Assembly: GCF_009914755.1 (NCBI RefSeq)
Contig: NC_060935.1
DNA length: 64,000 nt
Direction: 5' to 3' (one strand)
Origin: the human T2T-CHM13v2.0 reference genome, Homo sapiens
The notes under the pieces were generated by a model, which did not search any database, was not told the DNA's origin, and saw nothing but the letters and a program-made list of their open reading frames with translations. Numbering within the stretch: the stretch's first letter is position 1; every line of letters begins with the position of its first letter. This document shows, piece after piece, positions 1 through 14,148 of this stretch. Position numbers and translations under genes: made by a program.

Positions 1-673
1 TAAAGCCAAGTATTTAAAGTTTAAAAGCTAATAAATTGTTGGTAATATATAATAGGAAATAAATAGAAGTGGAAATAGTATAGATTGGAAATAGTATTGG
101 AAATACTATTAACAGAGGCCCCATTGATTTAGTAGAGCTGAGACTGGAAATAGACAATATTATATTATTTGGGTGACTTTAGATGAAGAGTTAATTCTGT
201 AGACTGAGTACAGCAGCAGGTCTTGAAGCTTTTTTTGTTTTCGTCACCAATGCTTGCATAGCAGTGATTCAGTGTTATTTGCAGATTTTGGTGAAACATC
301 AAACAGTTTTTCAAAAAGTAAAGCATAGCAACAATTTATTATCTGAACCAGGAAAAGCTTGAAAATAAAAGAGGAGTTATTAATAATTACACTGCGACAA
401 TAGGCATTAAATGGGACTGTCCTAGGCAAATTGAGAGGTAAAGGAAGAAGTTTCAGCCAGTATGCTTAAAATGTTGAAGTTCTTTTTCTATATCAGTTAG
501 AAATTGTCCACAGACCCAAGTCTCCCAAATATCCCTCATTGTTTCTTGAAGCATTTCAGTCCTTCCCTTAGGACCCACCAGACCCACCAGACCAAATCTT
601 GATCCAACAAATGAAGGGACAATGATTAGGCCCTCTTATAGCACTATACATTGGGGTCCTGGTATCCAAAAAC

Positions 674-778
674 AGGGCAACCATATTCCCAGTTTCTGCC
701 CTGATTTAACTATTAATAGTGCCCCTTTAAATCACAAAAAAATGCTGTAAGTTGAATGAATTTGTTTTGACAGTCCTA
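674..778 (+). mobile_element. MER94-like (hAT-Blackjack) fragment
   Basis: agggcaaccatattccc...tattaatagtgcccctt resembles recalled MER94 consensus; diverged. Confidence 0.4.
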
Positions 779-1309
779 TCTGAACGAATGCAGCAATCCT
801 GCTTGGAACAGGAAAAGAGAATGGAAACACTTCCCAGTTCCTAAATCCACCAAACTAAATAATGTAATAAGTACTCAAGTTGTGAAATATGGCATATAAT
901 AATAGCCTCCCAGTGTGACTGGTATCCTATGGTGTGGGTCTTGCAGCTTTACTCTAGAACACAAAGTTATTTGCCTTGAAGCTGTGGACTTCTTTGAATG
1001 AAGATGAGTCAGACAGTCCTTTGGGGCAGAAAAAGAGGATGTATAATACTGCACTGGAATTGATTCCATTTCCTGTGAATATTCTCTTCCCCAGAAACAG
1101 CCTTTGGTCTCCAATAATTATTTTAAGATACTTTCTAAGTTGACATTGTGTTGGTTTCTTGGCACTTAAAATTGTGTTTATCTTGAAGCATAATGTATCT
1201 CAACCACCTACATATACAAATCTTATCAATGTCATACTAAGAGTGGTATTCTTCTGGAAGCTGAAAGTGATCAGAAAAGATTAAATTTGCTCATTCATAG
1301 ATTTGACCA

Positions 1310-2200
1310 GTGATTAAGTATTTATGAGTACCTCTTCTGTGTCAGGAACTGTCCTAAGTACTTGGAACACATCAAAGAAAAAAAACAGACAAAATAATCT
1401 TGGGGAGAAGACTCTGCATTTTAAAATAAGGTGGTCAAGATATTTCTTATGAAGAAAATGAGATCTGAGCAATGACTAGAAAGAAGTGAGAGATTTACCA
1501 TTGTGAAAATTCTGGTGAAGAGAATTCCCCAAGGTGGGAGTAAGCAGTATACAGGTTCTGAGATGAGGTTTTGGGTAACCATTCAAAGAACAGCAAGCAG
1601 GTAAAGATGACTGTAGCAGAGTGGACAGGGGAGAAAGTAGCAAGAGATGAGGCTGGGTGAGCCAGGAAATAAGAGCCAGATGATGTCAAGTTTATATAGG
1701 CCATTGTCATTATCTAGATTTTAATCTAAGAAAAATGAGATTCCACTGGATGGTTTTGTCCATATTTGTGACATTATATGACTTGCATTTTATAAGGCGT
1801 ACTTTGGCTGTTGTGGGTTAGGAACAGGCTGTAGGGATGAAGGTTTGGAGCCCATGATAGTAATCCAGGAGAGAGATGATGTTGAGTCACAACAGGGTAG
1901 ACAAAGTGGAACTGGTGAGAATAGGTAATATCCTCTCTACACTTTGCAAGTTCAAAAACAAGAGTTCCTGAGGAATATGAAGTGTGAGAGAAAGAGAAAA
2001 GGGAAAATTCAGTGATGATTCCCATGCATTTGTTTGTGTTACTAAGCATCTGGAAGGGTGTTTCTGCTATCAATTGATATAGAACAAATGGTAGGGAGGT
2101 AAGGATTGGAGGAGTGAAAGCAGAAGAAAAGTTTAAGTTATGTTTTGGACATCAAATAAATATGTCATGTCAGCATTTAAGTATATATGTCAGGAATTCA
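1310..2200 (-). mobile_element. L2 LINE 3' region
   Basis: tatttatgagtacct...tgtgtcaggaactgtcctaagtacttgg is the reverse complement of an L2 3' end, followed by purine-rich L2 antisense body. Confidence 0.65.
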
Positions 2201-2329
2201 AAAGTTTCATTGTGTTCAAAATTGTGTTGTATCCTGGAGCATACAAAATTATGAAAGATACAATCGCTACTCTTTTTGATCCTGTAACTCCTTTACTACA
2301 GATTTATTTTTTGCCTTCACAGTCACATT

Positions 2330-3130
2330 CCTAAAAGGTAGTTTATACTTATTTCCTCTTCTTTACCACAGATCATACCACCCACTACAATAAGGCTTCT
2401 TCCTTTACCAGTCCCTTAAAACTAACCTTCCCGAGGTAACACATAAGTTGTCACTCTAAAAGTTTTTAGTTATTTTGTTACTTGACCCCTCTATGATATG
2501 TGACACTGTTGATCACTTTCTCCTTGAAATTTGTCTTTCATTGATTAATGAGACAACTCTTCTTCTAGTCCCCTCTCATCTCACTATTATTTTTTATTTT
2601 CTCCTGATGGGTAGTTTTCTTCCGCTCATGGTAGAAATGTTAATATGGTCTCAAGTTCCAGTGTTTAGTCCTAAATTCTCTAACTCAACATAACTCTCTG
2701 AGAAATTTTTTTACTGCCATAGCTTCAATTTTCATTAGCTATGCTAATGGTACTTAACTATATATCTTCATTACAGCCTTTTCTCTTTAGCTGTAGACTC
2801 ATTCAGACAACTGTTTGCTTGGTATCTCCAACAATTTGTCCTATAGACACTTTAAGCCAACATAATTTCAATTTCCACACTCCCTAGACACACACACACA
2901 TACACACATGTGCACATGCACATGCACACACACACACAAATGAATTTACCTTCTCAGCTAATGACATTTCCTTCGTAAGAGGTCCTTCAAGCCAGCAGAC
3001 TTAAAGTTACATTGATCCCTCCTTACCCCACTGAATTAATATTACCACATTTAAGTTTTTAATGTATTCCAAATATCTCCCTTTCTTTTTATTCTTTTAA
3101 TTCAGCCTCCTGTGCATACCTGCCAGATAT
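2330..3130 (+). mobile_element. L2 LINE ORF2-derived fragment
   Basis: acttgacccctct...tgacactgttgatcactttctccttgaaa is typical L2 sense sequence. Confidence 0.6.
2888..2938. repeat. imperfect (CA)n microsatellite
   Basis: direct inspection. Confidence 0.9.
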
Positions 3131-3558
3131 TTCTGGACTTGTTACCTACAAAGCTGGTATTATGTGCTAACTAGCTGAGATGATAAAGTGAATGCTAAGC
3201 TGTATTTGCTTGGTTTTTCCATGAACTTCCTTTAAGCTCATGACTTTATTTTTGTTGCCCACTAGACATGAAAATTTATCATCCTAAGAAGAATGGTTCA
3301 GAGCAAAACCAAAGATCCAAACCCTGCACTTCTAATATGTACTTCACTTCTAATGTTTTAATGGTTTTATTTTTAATGATCAAAGAAGAAGTCCTGTTAT
3401 AAAGAGGAGCAATTGTTGTAAGAACACTTCAAGAGTCTCTTTTTATTCTTTTCAAAAGTGATAAATACTCTCTGAGCTGGAAAAGAGATTTAGATGAGCA
3501 ACTAAATGAGTATGATTACTATGTCATCTATAGTTTACCTTTAAATACTTCTGTAAAA

Positions 3559-3813
3559 ATGGTTTTCAAACTTTTTAAAATCTTAATTTATAGGTTGAAG
3601 GACTTTGTTGAAGTTCAGCATGCACAAACATGCAGATACACACATGTGTGTATTGTAACTAATATGAACATTTTAAGAAAAATATTTACCCTTGTTTTTT
3701 ATGTCCCAGTATTCTTTATTTTAGATATCATTTTGTAAAAGTTCTGTTCTTGGCACATGAAATTGTTTTCTTGACACATTAATGGGTCACTGAAATCTGT
3801 AATTTGAAAAACA
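3559..3813 (-). mobile_element. MER103-like hAT-Charlie element
   Basis: Charlie-type termini (tggttttcaaac...tttgaaaaaca) and internal cacattaatgggtcac. Confidence 0.4.
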
Positions 3814-4818
3814 ATAGTAGACAGAGTGACATAGGCACATGTGTGTATAGTTTAATTTTAATCTACAATCAAAAGGCAGCTAGTTAAAATTTGAATCACT
3901 GTAATAATTTATCTGCACTCATAGGTTGTTGGTTAGCACACACAAAAAACTCTAATCAAGGGTCCATGTCCCTAAACTTTATAACAAGTATTTCAAAAAC
4001 TTTCTAAAACTGCACTAGCATATTGGCTAATTAGACTAAATGATGTTGGAAATATATTTTGTATGTCAAAATAAATAGTATTCAAAATATGAGATGGCTA
4101 CAAGTACTGTTCAGACATGTCTGATCTTGAAAACCTGTGAAAACCTGGTAAGTTCCATAGCCAAAACTTGGAATTGTACATTTGGTCTAAAAGTCCATGC
4201 TGTTCTAGGTTCCTACTCTTTCTCCTCACTAATGCAAAATTATCCTGTCTGATCTAATCTAACTGAAAGCATATCTGATTCTGCCATAGGGTCATTTCTA
4301 CATTTACTTTGTAGTAAACCTTTCATTCAAGGTGGCTGTTGGAGGGCTTAGGACAACAATTTAAAAAATACTGAGGTTGTAGAACAGCTTGCTTGTATAA
4401 CTGTCTTTGGACCTGTTTGTTAACAAATGTTTATGCCTGTGGCAGATTTCATTCTAGATTAGCTCACATTGTAAGAAAACACATAGTAGTGAGAAAGCTC
4501 AGGGAGCAAGAGCCTTCTGCACCTCTAATCATCGGAGCATCCTCATATTACCAAAAAGGAACAACCTGAAACATGTCAATGGTCAATTTAGCCTATGTCA
4601 GTTTGCAATGTAGATATTAGTGGTGTTTGAGAAGTGCTACAACTTCTTAAGCAATTTACCCAAAGTCACATAGCATAGACATAGTTATGTCTACATTAAA
4701 ATTTGAGTCTGACTTTAAAAGCCGTCCTTCATGCTCCCACCTGATATTGTCATGTTAAACAAAGCTGAACACTATGTGAGGAAGACTCAGTAGATTGCCT
4801 TAAGAATGAGGGCAAGTC

Positions 4819-5133
<315 letters not shown>

Positions 5134-5995
5134 AATGAGGGCAAGTCATCCACACTACTTTTGGTAACATTTTGGAATATATGGAAGAAATAATTTACGA
5201 CACCATTTTCCCAAAGGAAGTTCAACAAAGAAATTTCAGAGATATTTTCAGGTTGAGGAAAAATATGGTTTGAAGTAAAATCATATAAATATTTTTGCAG
5301 GATAAGCAAGTAATTTTTAAGGTATAATTTTTTTACAGCCTACCAGCATTAAAGTACACCAAGATTATATACTTCAATTAAAGCTGAACCAATAGAAATC
5401 TTCCTGCTTTTGTTTATTTTAGTAGATACCACAGAATAGTAAATGAATTAGAAATACAGGATTTGGTTGTTCCTGATTGTTATAATTTTTCTTAGAGTTG
5501 GAAGTAAATTAATCTCCTTGGGAAATGCAGTAGCCTTTTATGAATACTGTACTCCATTGCAAAACTAATTTATCCTTTTTGGTTTATATGTAATTATTTA
5601 ATGGACGAAAATTTATGAATGGCCTGAACCAGTATTATATTATTTATGTATCACCATAAGTACCTACTAAATGATTATACACCATCATTTATTGAAGCCA
5701 GATCATGGTAAAAATTGCTCTATGAGTTAGACAAAGCTATGAGTGGTATAAATGAATCACATATGCCACTTGGTCTGGTGCTTAGACAGACCTCAATAAA
5801 CATTCTTAGTATTGTTAATGTCATTTCAGTAGCAGTTGTTGCTTTTTTATTGTTATTTTACTATTATAAGGCACTAGAGAAAAATAATTCTATGGCATTT
5901 ATATTCATAAAAATTATGTTTTATAGCTATGGGTACCAACTTGGCATCATGATGACAACAATCATGTTAATAATAATGATAAAAATATTAGCCAA

Positions 5996-6310
5996 TTATT
6001 ATTATTATTATTATTATTATTATTTTTTTTTTTTCGAGATGGAGTTTCACTCTTGTTGCCCAGGCTGGAGTGCAATGGTGCGACGACTGCAACCCCTGCC
6101 TCATGGTTCAAGCAATTCTCCTGCCTCAGCCTCCCAAGTAGCTGGTATTACAGGCACCCGGCACCATGCCTGTCTAATTTTTGTATTTTTAATAGAGATG
6201 GGGTTTCACCATGTTAGCCAGGCTGGTCTTGAACTCCTGAGCTCAGGTTATCTGCCCGCCTCAACCTCCCAAAGTGTTAAGATTAAAGGCATGAGCCATT
6301 GCACCCAGCC
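5996..6310 (-). mobile_element. AluS (Sq/Sp-like) with (ATT)n tail
   Basis: gagatggagtttcactcttgttgcccagg...gcacccagcc; near-perfect TSD tagccaattatt (5989) / tagcccattatt (6311). Confidence 0.93.
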
Positions 6311-6339
6311 TAGCCCATTATTAATAATAACAGTATATA

Positions 6340-6520
6340 CCTTTAGATTTAAATATATTATCTTATGTCATTTTTACTATGATTGTATAAGATGCTTTTT
6401 TGTTAACTCCATTTGGCAGATGATGGAATTGAGGTTCATAGAAATTAAGATATATGTCTAAGCTCATACAGCCATTAACAATCTGTTTCTGGGTCTCTTC
6501 AAGCTCCATTTACTTTCCAC
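6340..6520 (-). mobile_element. MIR
   Basis: core ccatttggcagatgatggaattgaggttcatag. Confidence 0.55.
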
Positions 6521-8310
6521 TTCTCATGCTGCCTCTATTTTGCCAAAGTCCTTTAAATTCCCTGGGAGATTAGTCACTGGAAAGAGCATTCACCAGAAGA
6601 AACTCATGAGGCTTGAACTCAACAGTTTGACCAAACATCTCTATCACCACCAAAATCAGTTTTATCATTGCCTAACTATTCTAATATTCTCTTAAGCAAC
6701 TGTTTGATTCCACCTTAAATACTCTCTACTTGGGAGATTTACTTTTTTGTTTTGATAAATTGTCTTCTGTTGCAGCAAGCCTTGCCTGCACCGTTAGAAA
6801 TGCTGCCAGCATATTTTTCACTTTTCAATAATCCTAACAAGGGCACTTGATGTTCTACAATAGATATATTTATTCTTTATTGAGGAAAGGGGCTTGAGAA
6901 TAAAATGTTAAGGAGATAAACCCTAATTATTGCTTATCAAGTTTAGATGAAACAGTCTCATACTTAAAGTAAAATTGGGGCTTACTTTTTAAAGAGTTAG
7001 AGTTGCCTTCAGATGATATTATAGAAAACTAGCCTCAGGGTTAATATGCATAACAAAATCAACTCTATGTTTCTGACATCTTGTGGTACTCTGGGTCTGA
7101 ATTGCCCTTATTGTGAGAATCCGTTCATCAGAGAACTTTAAGTATAATGGTAGCACTGCCATTCGCATTTTTCTCAATGCTTTTGTGAAGGTTGTGTCCA
7201 AGGAACCTCTTTGGGAATGGATGTGCGAGGTGAATGTCTTAAATCTACCACACTATTTCTCTCTCTAAGTCTTCAGAATCCTTTCTCTACGTTATTCCAG
7301 GGAACTTTTGATACATCAGCCTCATTCAATATAGGGCATTGCTGAATCCAAATTTCAATCAACAAACTGAGTCAAATGACAAAGCCACTTTTAGCTAAGT
7401 GAAATCACACATTACTTCTGCAAACTCTAATATGTACACCCATATTAACACATTTAGCCCAGTGTATTATATTTCTTCTCCCTTTGTCTCTTACCCTTAG
7501 CATTTATTGATACATATTATCTAGTTTCTGCTGATATAGATTAGAAAATTCTTGCAAACTTTTTGGAGAATATTTCCTCTTATGTAGACATTGTACTACT
7601 GATCCCACTAAAGCATACTGGGATCTGACCCTGGTGTGTTTAGCGACAATGAACGATGGTTATAGTAGGTCATGACAAGAAAGAGCACCCCTTGCAAGAC
7701 AACTGCCCCAGCCAAGGTTACAGCAGGGTCTTCAAAGAAGGAAACATTGGCTTCTTCAGACATAGAATAGCAGGCCTCTTCCACAGACAAGGAAAGCTCT
7801 AAGTAACTCAGGGTTACAAGATTTTCAGCTGCATGTCAGTCCAACCAGATATTCTTTTTCCAAATCTCAGGGTCGCACTCCTTCCTAAACAAAGCTCTAT
7901 TTTGTACATGAGCAACTTGTGAGGCTGAAAAGTAAAACTTTCTTTTTTATTTTACAATATATAAAATCAAACTGGGTGTGATTTTCAATGAGGTCAGTTC
8001 CAAGCTTGCAATAAAAAAGAGAGTCTTTTAGGACCACCATAAAAACTCCCTGATTCTGTGATCTTGATTGAGCTGAGACTGAAGAAGGAAGCTCATCAGT
8101 TTTTCTTCTGCAAGCTCTTCAGTGTTCGAACTCTACTATGATGCATCTACCCCACCACAGTCTTTGTAGTAACTACTATTGCCCTATTAGTTAAAACACA
8201 GCAATGACTTGATATGTGTAGACACTTACTTTCGTTGGCATTTCCAAATGCACAAAACACAAATAATAACTTTATCAATTAGGATGCTACAGTATGTGAT
8301 GGATTACAAG

Positions 8311-8500
8311 TGTAGTGGTTTTAAAACATCCACAAGTTATTTGACTTTCTTCCTAAAGAGAGATGGAGTCCCCATTCCAATCTCTTAAATCTTAGCTGGG
8401 CTAAGTGACTTACATGTAATCAATAAAATGCAAAATTATTCTGCATGACTTCAAGGTTAGGCAAGAAAAAGCCAACATGCTTCTACCTGGCTCTCTTGGT
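8311..8500 (+). mobile_element. MLT1 (G/H-like) MaLR LTR, 5' part
   Basis: TG start tgtagtggttttaaaa, atggagtc..., gtgactt..., tgacttcaaggttagg; appears to resume at ~14705. Confidence 0.6.
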
Positions 8501-11500
8501 AATTAATTGACTTGTTGCTTTTCTGTGTATCTCAGTGAAGACTGGGGTTAATAGTATTTAAACCTGGAAATGGATATATTTCTTCTATTATCAAGTTGTT
8601 ATTGTGAGGGTGTTGAGTCAATGTATTCAGGAGGTGTTTGCTTCAGATTTTGTTGTTAACATTATTCCAGTATGTTTTGTCTTCTAGAGGTGAACTGGTG
8701 TTGTTTTGTGCTTAAGATGAGCACTGGAGTGCCAAAGGGGTTGTTTTTAATGATCGTGCTCCATCTTTGTCCTTCAGCCATCTCTGCACATCCCTGCTAC
8801 AGAAGAGATCTTTCTCTATGCTCTTGACTATAATCCAGCAGCAGACTATTGTAGCTAACCTAGTCTCAAGGTGGGAACTGAGAATTCTGTTAGTATAGTC
8901 CAACCTCTCTAGTCTGTTCCCGTGTCCCTGGACCTCTTGTGGTAGAACTTTTTAGTATTCCTACCTCTCTTCAGCATAGCATCCAACTCTGCCTCGTATC
9001 TGTGGTTGGTCTGTAGAGGGTATTTCCTGCCCCAATGTCAACAGTAGCAGACCTTTGCTTTCTACACATTTAAAATATTGAATAGTTAAAGATTTCCTGC
9101 CATATTCCTCCTCCTTTATTAGAATTTTTTTTCTACTTTCTCTCATGTGCAATGGGTCTTTGACATGCACAGGGCATGTTTGAGGTTGCTGCCTCTTCCC
9201 AAGCAACCTAAGCTTTTTATTATTTTTTTAATAGAAAGAAAGTATCCAGGAAGTAGGTGAAGTGGGTACCTTTTCCTTAGCAGTTGCTAATCATATCATC
9301 ATCTTCAGGTGGGCGTTAACAAAAGGGATTTTTTCTTTTTTTGAGGTCTCCTATCCTATGCCCAATCTATCTTGGGAGCTTCTGGTGGATGCTCAAGGAA
9401 AACAAGTGTTGTGTGAGTGCAAGCTCCCCTGTGTCATGGTTTTCCAGCTCTTCTGGACTAACTCTAGCTCACACTTGGCCTTTAAAAACTCATTTAAAAT
9501 GTTAACTAATTTTCTCCTTTCCTGTTTATGTGGCAACCATGCGTTGGCTGCAAGTGATCCAATTTATAAGTCCAGTCTCTCCCTGGAAAGGCTTGTCTCT
9601 TTAGGAAAATTAATGATTTTTATTAATTATTTATTTTAAATGTCAGATTAGTATGTGTACATATTTCTTCCATATTTTCTATATATGAGTATCAAAACAA
9701 ATTCTACAGAGTATGAGTGAACTGAAAATCATGCAAAGAAACTTAAAGTTCATCTAATTTGATGAACTATCCAATTCATAAAGGTCTATTACAGCATTCT
9801 ACCAAGTATTCATACTGCCTTTAAATTTTAAAATAAACTATTTTACAACAGTTTTAGATTCACAGAAAAAATTACAAATATAATACAGAGACTTTCAATA
9901 TACCAAAGGCCCATTTTTTCTATTTTTAATATCTTACATTTGTATGAGACATTTATTATAATGAATAAACCAATATTGAAACATTGTTAATTAAACTTAA
10001 GTTTATGCTTTTTAAGAGTTTCTTAGTGTTTATCTAATGTCCTTTTTCTGTCCCAAGATCTCATCTTGGATCCCACATTATATTTATTCATGTCTCTTTC
10101 AGCTTCTCTTTTCTCTGACAGTTTCTCAGACTTACCTTTTTTTTGATGACCTTGACATTAAGGCAGCTCATGCATTTTATAGAATGGCCTCCAGTTGGGA
10201 TTTTTCTGATGTAATCTGTTTTGGGGAAGAAGACCACAGAAATATATTACCTTTTTCATCACATCATATTTAAGGTACATATAATCAACATGGCTTATTG
10301 TTGATATTAACATTGATCACCTGGCTGAGCTAGTGTTTGCCAGATTTATCCACTATAAAGACTTTTCTTCTCACTTCAGGGTACTTTTTTGGATGAAAAT
10401 CACTATGTACAGTCCACACCTAAAAAGTAGAGAGTGACATTCTACCTCTTTGAGGACGAAGTATCTAAATATTTAGAATTCTTATGCATGGGAGATTCAT
10501 CTATTCTCCCAAATGTATTTCTTTTTTTCAATTGTTGGTATTATTGGATATAGGTATCAGTATATATTTATTTTATACTTTGGATCAAAAACCCAATATT
10601 ACTTGATCTAATCTGTTGATCAATATGTTCCATCTTTGGTCACTGGAAGCTCTTTCGGTGTCCCCGTGCCCTTTTGCCTGCCTCCATCAGTTTTGTATAC
10701 ACATATGCATGTGTATGTGTGTTTAGCACTTTCTACTTTTTGTCACTGCCAGATGTTCCTGGTCATGTTGCATATTTCCTACCCCAGTCTTAGATCAGCC
10801 ATTTCTATAAGAACTTCTCAATCCTTTTGTGGGAACATGGAATTAGAAACCAAGACCTGAGTGTCAGGTGTGCTTGTTGCAACTGGGTTATCATTGCTTT
10901 TAGATCCCTCACTTGACAAAGCAAGGAAATATATGTGCATATATTAACAAATGTATATATACACATCTATTAATATTAGTATATGCAACCATCTGTGTGT
11001 GTGTGTGTATATATATATGTATATATACATATATATATATATGAGCTCGAACATGAATTCAAACTTGTCTTCAACTCTAATCAATTTACTCATGGATCAT
11101 TCTAGATTCTTCCCCTTGGTTATCTCTAACTACTCTAACAGTGAAAACCTGGCTCCTACATTTGCCATGTATTCACAAAATTGTTCAATTCTTGTATACA
11201 TATACAGTATCAGAATCATGAAACTATACCCCAGTGGGATAATGCTTTATCAACTAAAGTACTATTCTTACATACAATTCCTTTTGAATTTACTTTTAAA
11301 GATTTCTCTTACTATTACTTAGGTCGGTGCCTTTCCCTTCACCTCCTTCAGTGAGATGGTGTCACTGATGGTGTCACATTTTTTATATGGTTAGATTGTT
11401 TTGTCATTCTTTGCATTCCATCAAGAGATCCTGTAACCTCCTAAATAGTTTTTTTTTTATATTTGCATACACTAAGCTTCCATCTTTGTGCTGTAAAGTA

Positions 11501-13157
11501 GTATGGGTTTTGACAAATGCATAATGTCATGAATCCATCATTACAATATTATGCAAAATAGTTTCAACACCCTACAAAAAATCCCCAGTGCTTCATCTAT
11601 TTAAACATCCTGAAACATCTAGTTTTCACCAATAAATATGATGTTAGCTGTAGAGGATTTTTTGATAGATATTCTTTATCAAGTTGAGATTTCTCTATTT
11701 CAGCATTTCTGCTGCAAATTTTTATCATAAATAAGTGCTGGAGTTTATAAAATAATTCTCAATTATAATTTTGTTCTTTAACCTAATTGATATGGTAGAT
11801 TACATTAATTCATTTTTGAATGTCAAACAAGGCTTGGATAGTTTTTTTTCTAACATATGCATTTAGTGTTATAAGTTTCTCTCTAAGCATTGCTTTCTAA
11901 ACATCCATAGGTTTTGATAAGCTGTATTTTCATTTTTGTTTAAATTGAAAATATTTTATAATTTATTTTTCTCAAAGAAACTTCTATTTTGACCCATGGC
12001 TTATTTAGAAGTGTTTCCCTTAACTTCAAAATATTTGGAGCTTTTCTTGCTATCTTTCTGTTGTTCATTTCTAGTTTAATTGCACTGTAGTGTGAGAATA
12101 TGCCTTGCCTGATTTCTATCATTTTAAACTTTGCTTAAGTATGCTTCATAGCCCAAAGTGATATCTATCTTTGTGAATGTTTCATTTGAGTTTGAAAAAA
12201 TTTGTCCATTTTGCTGTTGTTGGAGGGAGTATTCTGTAAATGTGAATTGGGCCAAGTTGATTGGTGGTTCTCTTTAAGTCAACTATGTCCCGATTTTCTG
12301 CCTCCTTGCTACATATTTACTAAAAGAGGAGGGCTGAAGATATCAACCATCGGAGTTGATTTATCTATTTATCCTTTCCACTATATCAGATTTGGCTCAC
12401 ATATTATGACACACTGCTGTTAAGGACATATACATTAAAGATTGCTATGTCTTGGAAAATTTTCACTTTTATTATGATGTAGTAGTCCTTTTTAAACCTG
12501 ATAGTTTTCCTTGTTCTAAAATCTACTTTGTATGAAGTTAATATAGCTGCTCTAGCGTTCTTTTGATTTATGTTGACATGGTATATCATTTACTAACTCC
12601 TTATATTTAACCTGATATTTTTGTATTTAAAGTTGTTTCCTGTAAACAACATAAAGTATCATTTTTTGTTTTTTTTTTAAAATCCAATCTGACTATCTCT
12701 GTATTTTAATATGTGTATTTTGCACCATTCCCCTTTAAAGCGATTATTGGTATAGTTGGATTATCTACCAAATCAGTAAATATTTTCTATTTTTAGCATT
12801 TGATCTTTGTTTATTTTTTCTCCTCCTTTTCTGCCTTCTCTGTTTTAGTTAAGCATTTCAATATGGTTCCATTGTACCCTCTCTCAGCACATCAATTATG
12901 CTTCTTTTTAGAAAATTTCAGTAGTTGGTTTAGAGCTTATAATATAGTTTTTTACCTAATGTATCTCCACTTTCAAATAACACTATACTACTTCACATGT
13001 AGCACAAGTACTTTGTGATATAGTGTTCATAATTTCTTTTTATAGCATTGCTGTCATTAATATCACTTGGACATATGCTATAGTGACCCAAAACATCATT
13101 AGTGCAATTATTTACACAGTAGTTTTTTAGATCAATTAAGATACAAAGAAAATACTT
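8501..13157 (-). mobile_element. Stack of old L1M (L1MC/MD-like) fragments
   Basis: Antisense L1M 3' end from ~9815 (cagttttagattcacagaaaaa); ORF2-like minus-strand translations at 11940-12589 (FSHYSAIKLEMNN; AILTSYKVDF). Confidence 0.7.
10994..11042. repeat. (TG)n(TA)n compound microsatellite
   Basis: direct inspection. Confidence 0.9.
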
Positions 13158-13191
13158 TATTTTACCTTTATTTTTTTTATTTTTATTTTTT

Positions 13192-13472
13192 GCTTAAACA
13201 ACAAGCATTTATTTCTCATGATTCTGGAGGCCAGGAAGTCCAAAATCAAGATGCTGGTAGATCCCATGCTTGGTAAGAGACCTCTTCTTTCTTGCTGTAT
13301 CTTCACATGGTTGAGTGAGGGATCATATCACCTGTGTCTTTTCCTATAAGAGCACTGATCCAATTCATGAGACCTCCACCCTCACGACCTCAGGCCCCAT
13401 CTCCAAATATTGTAACATTGGGATTAGGGTTTCAACATATTAATATAAACGGGGTAAAATCGGTCCATTGCA
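13192..13472 (-). mobile_element. MLT1A/MST-like LTR truncated at its poly(A) site (transduced)
   Basis: gcttaaacaacaagcatttatttctcatgattctggaggccaggaagtccaaaatcaag...cattgca; the LTR terminus beyond gtttaagc is replaced by poly(A). Confidence 0.8.
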
Positions 13473-13645
13473 ACAATCTTTACAATGGCCTTAAGGGGGT
13501 ATATTTTTATCTTTATTTTACAACTGTTAAAACTTGGTTTTACAGATATCAAATGATTTTACAAAGTCACATAGCTACTAAATTGTATAGCTGGTATTTA
13601 AACCAAGGGCTCTGTGCTCCAAAGTCCACCATCTTTTGACTCCAT
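13473..13645 (-). mobile_element. MIR (transduced)
   Basis: caaagtcacatagct...ggtatttaaaccaagg...ctccaaagtcc. Confidence 0.55.
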
Positions 13646-13669
13646 AACTCTGTAACAATTTAACTAGTA

Positions 13670-13972
13670 CAGCTGACCTTTGAACAATGTGGGACTTAGA
13701 GGCATCAAAACCCCATGCACAAAAATCTGTGTATAACTTTTGACGCCTTCCAAACCTAACTATTAATAGCCCACTGTTAACTGAAAGCCTTATCAATAAC
13801 ATAAAGTTGATTAACATATATTTTTTATGTTATATGTATTATATACTGTATTGTTACAGTATATATGCTAGAGAAAATAAAATGTTATTTAAAAAATCAT
13901 AAGGAAAAGAAAATATATTTACTATGCATTAAGTGTAGGTGGATTATCATAAAGGTCTTCATCCTCATCATC
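13670..13972. mobile_element. Tigger2a/MER28-like DNA transposon, truncated (transduced)
   Basis: TA + TIR cagctgacctttgaacaa; body ends abruptly at aaaggtcttcatcctcatcatc next to the L1 poly(T); other half absent from the window. Confidence 0.8.
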
Positions 13973-14148
13973 TTTTTTTTTTTTTAATTTTTTTTTTTTT
14001 TATTATACTCTAAGTTTTAGGGTACATGTGCACATTGTGCAGGTTAGTTACATATGTATACATGTGCCATGCTGGTGCGCTGCACCCACTAACGTGTCAT
14101 CTAGCATTAGGTATATCTCCCAATGCTATCCCTCCCCCCTCCCCCGAG

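Noticed and set aside
55-110. Short ggaaatagta-type repeats (similar aatggaaat repeats at 59750-59810)
   Set aside because: Low-complexity slippage repeats without spacers; not CRISPR-like or functional on present evidence.
5715-6461. 248-aa ORF
   Set aside because: Non-ATG start; runs through an (ATT)n tract (poly-Y), an antisense Alu and a MIR; no protein-family signal.
7600-7830. Slightly GC-richer, exon-like stretch
   Set aside because: No convincing splice pair or recognisable translation.
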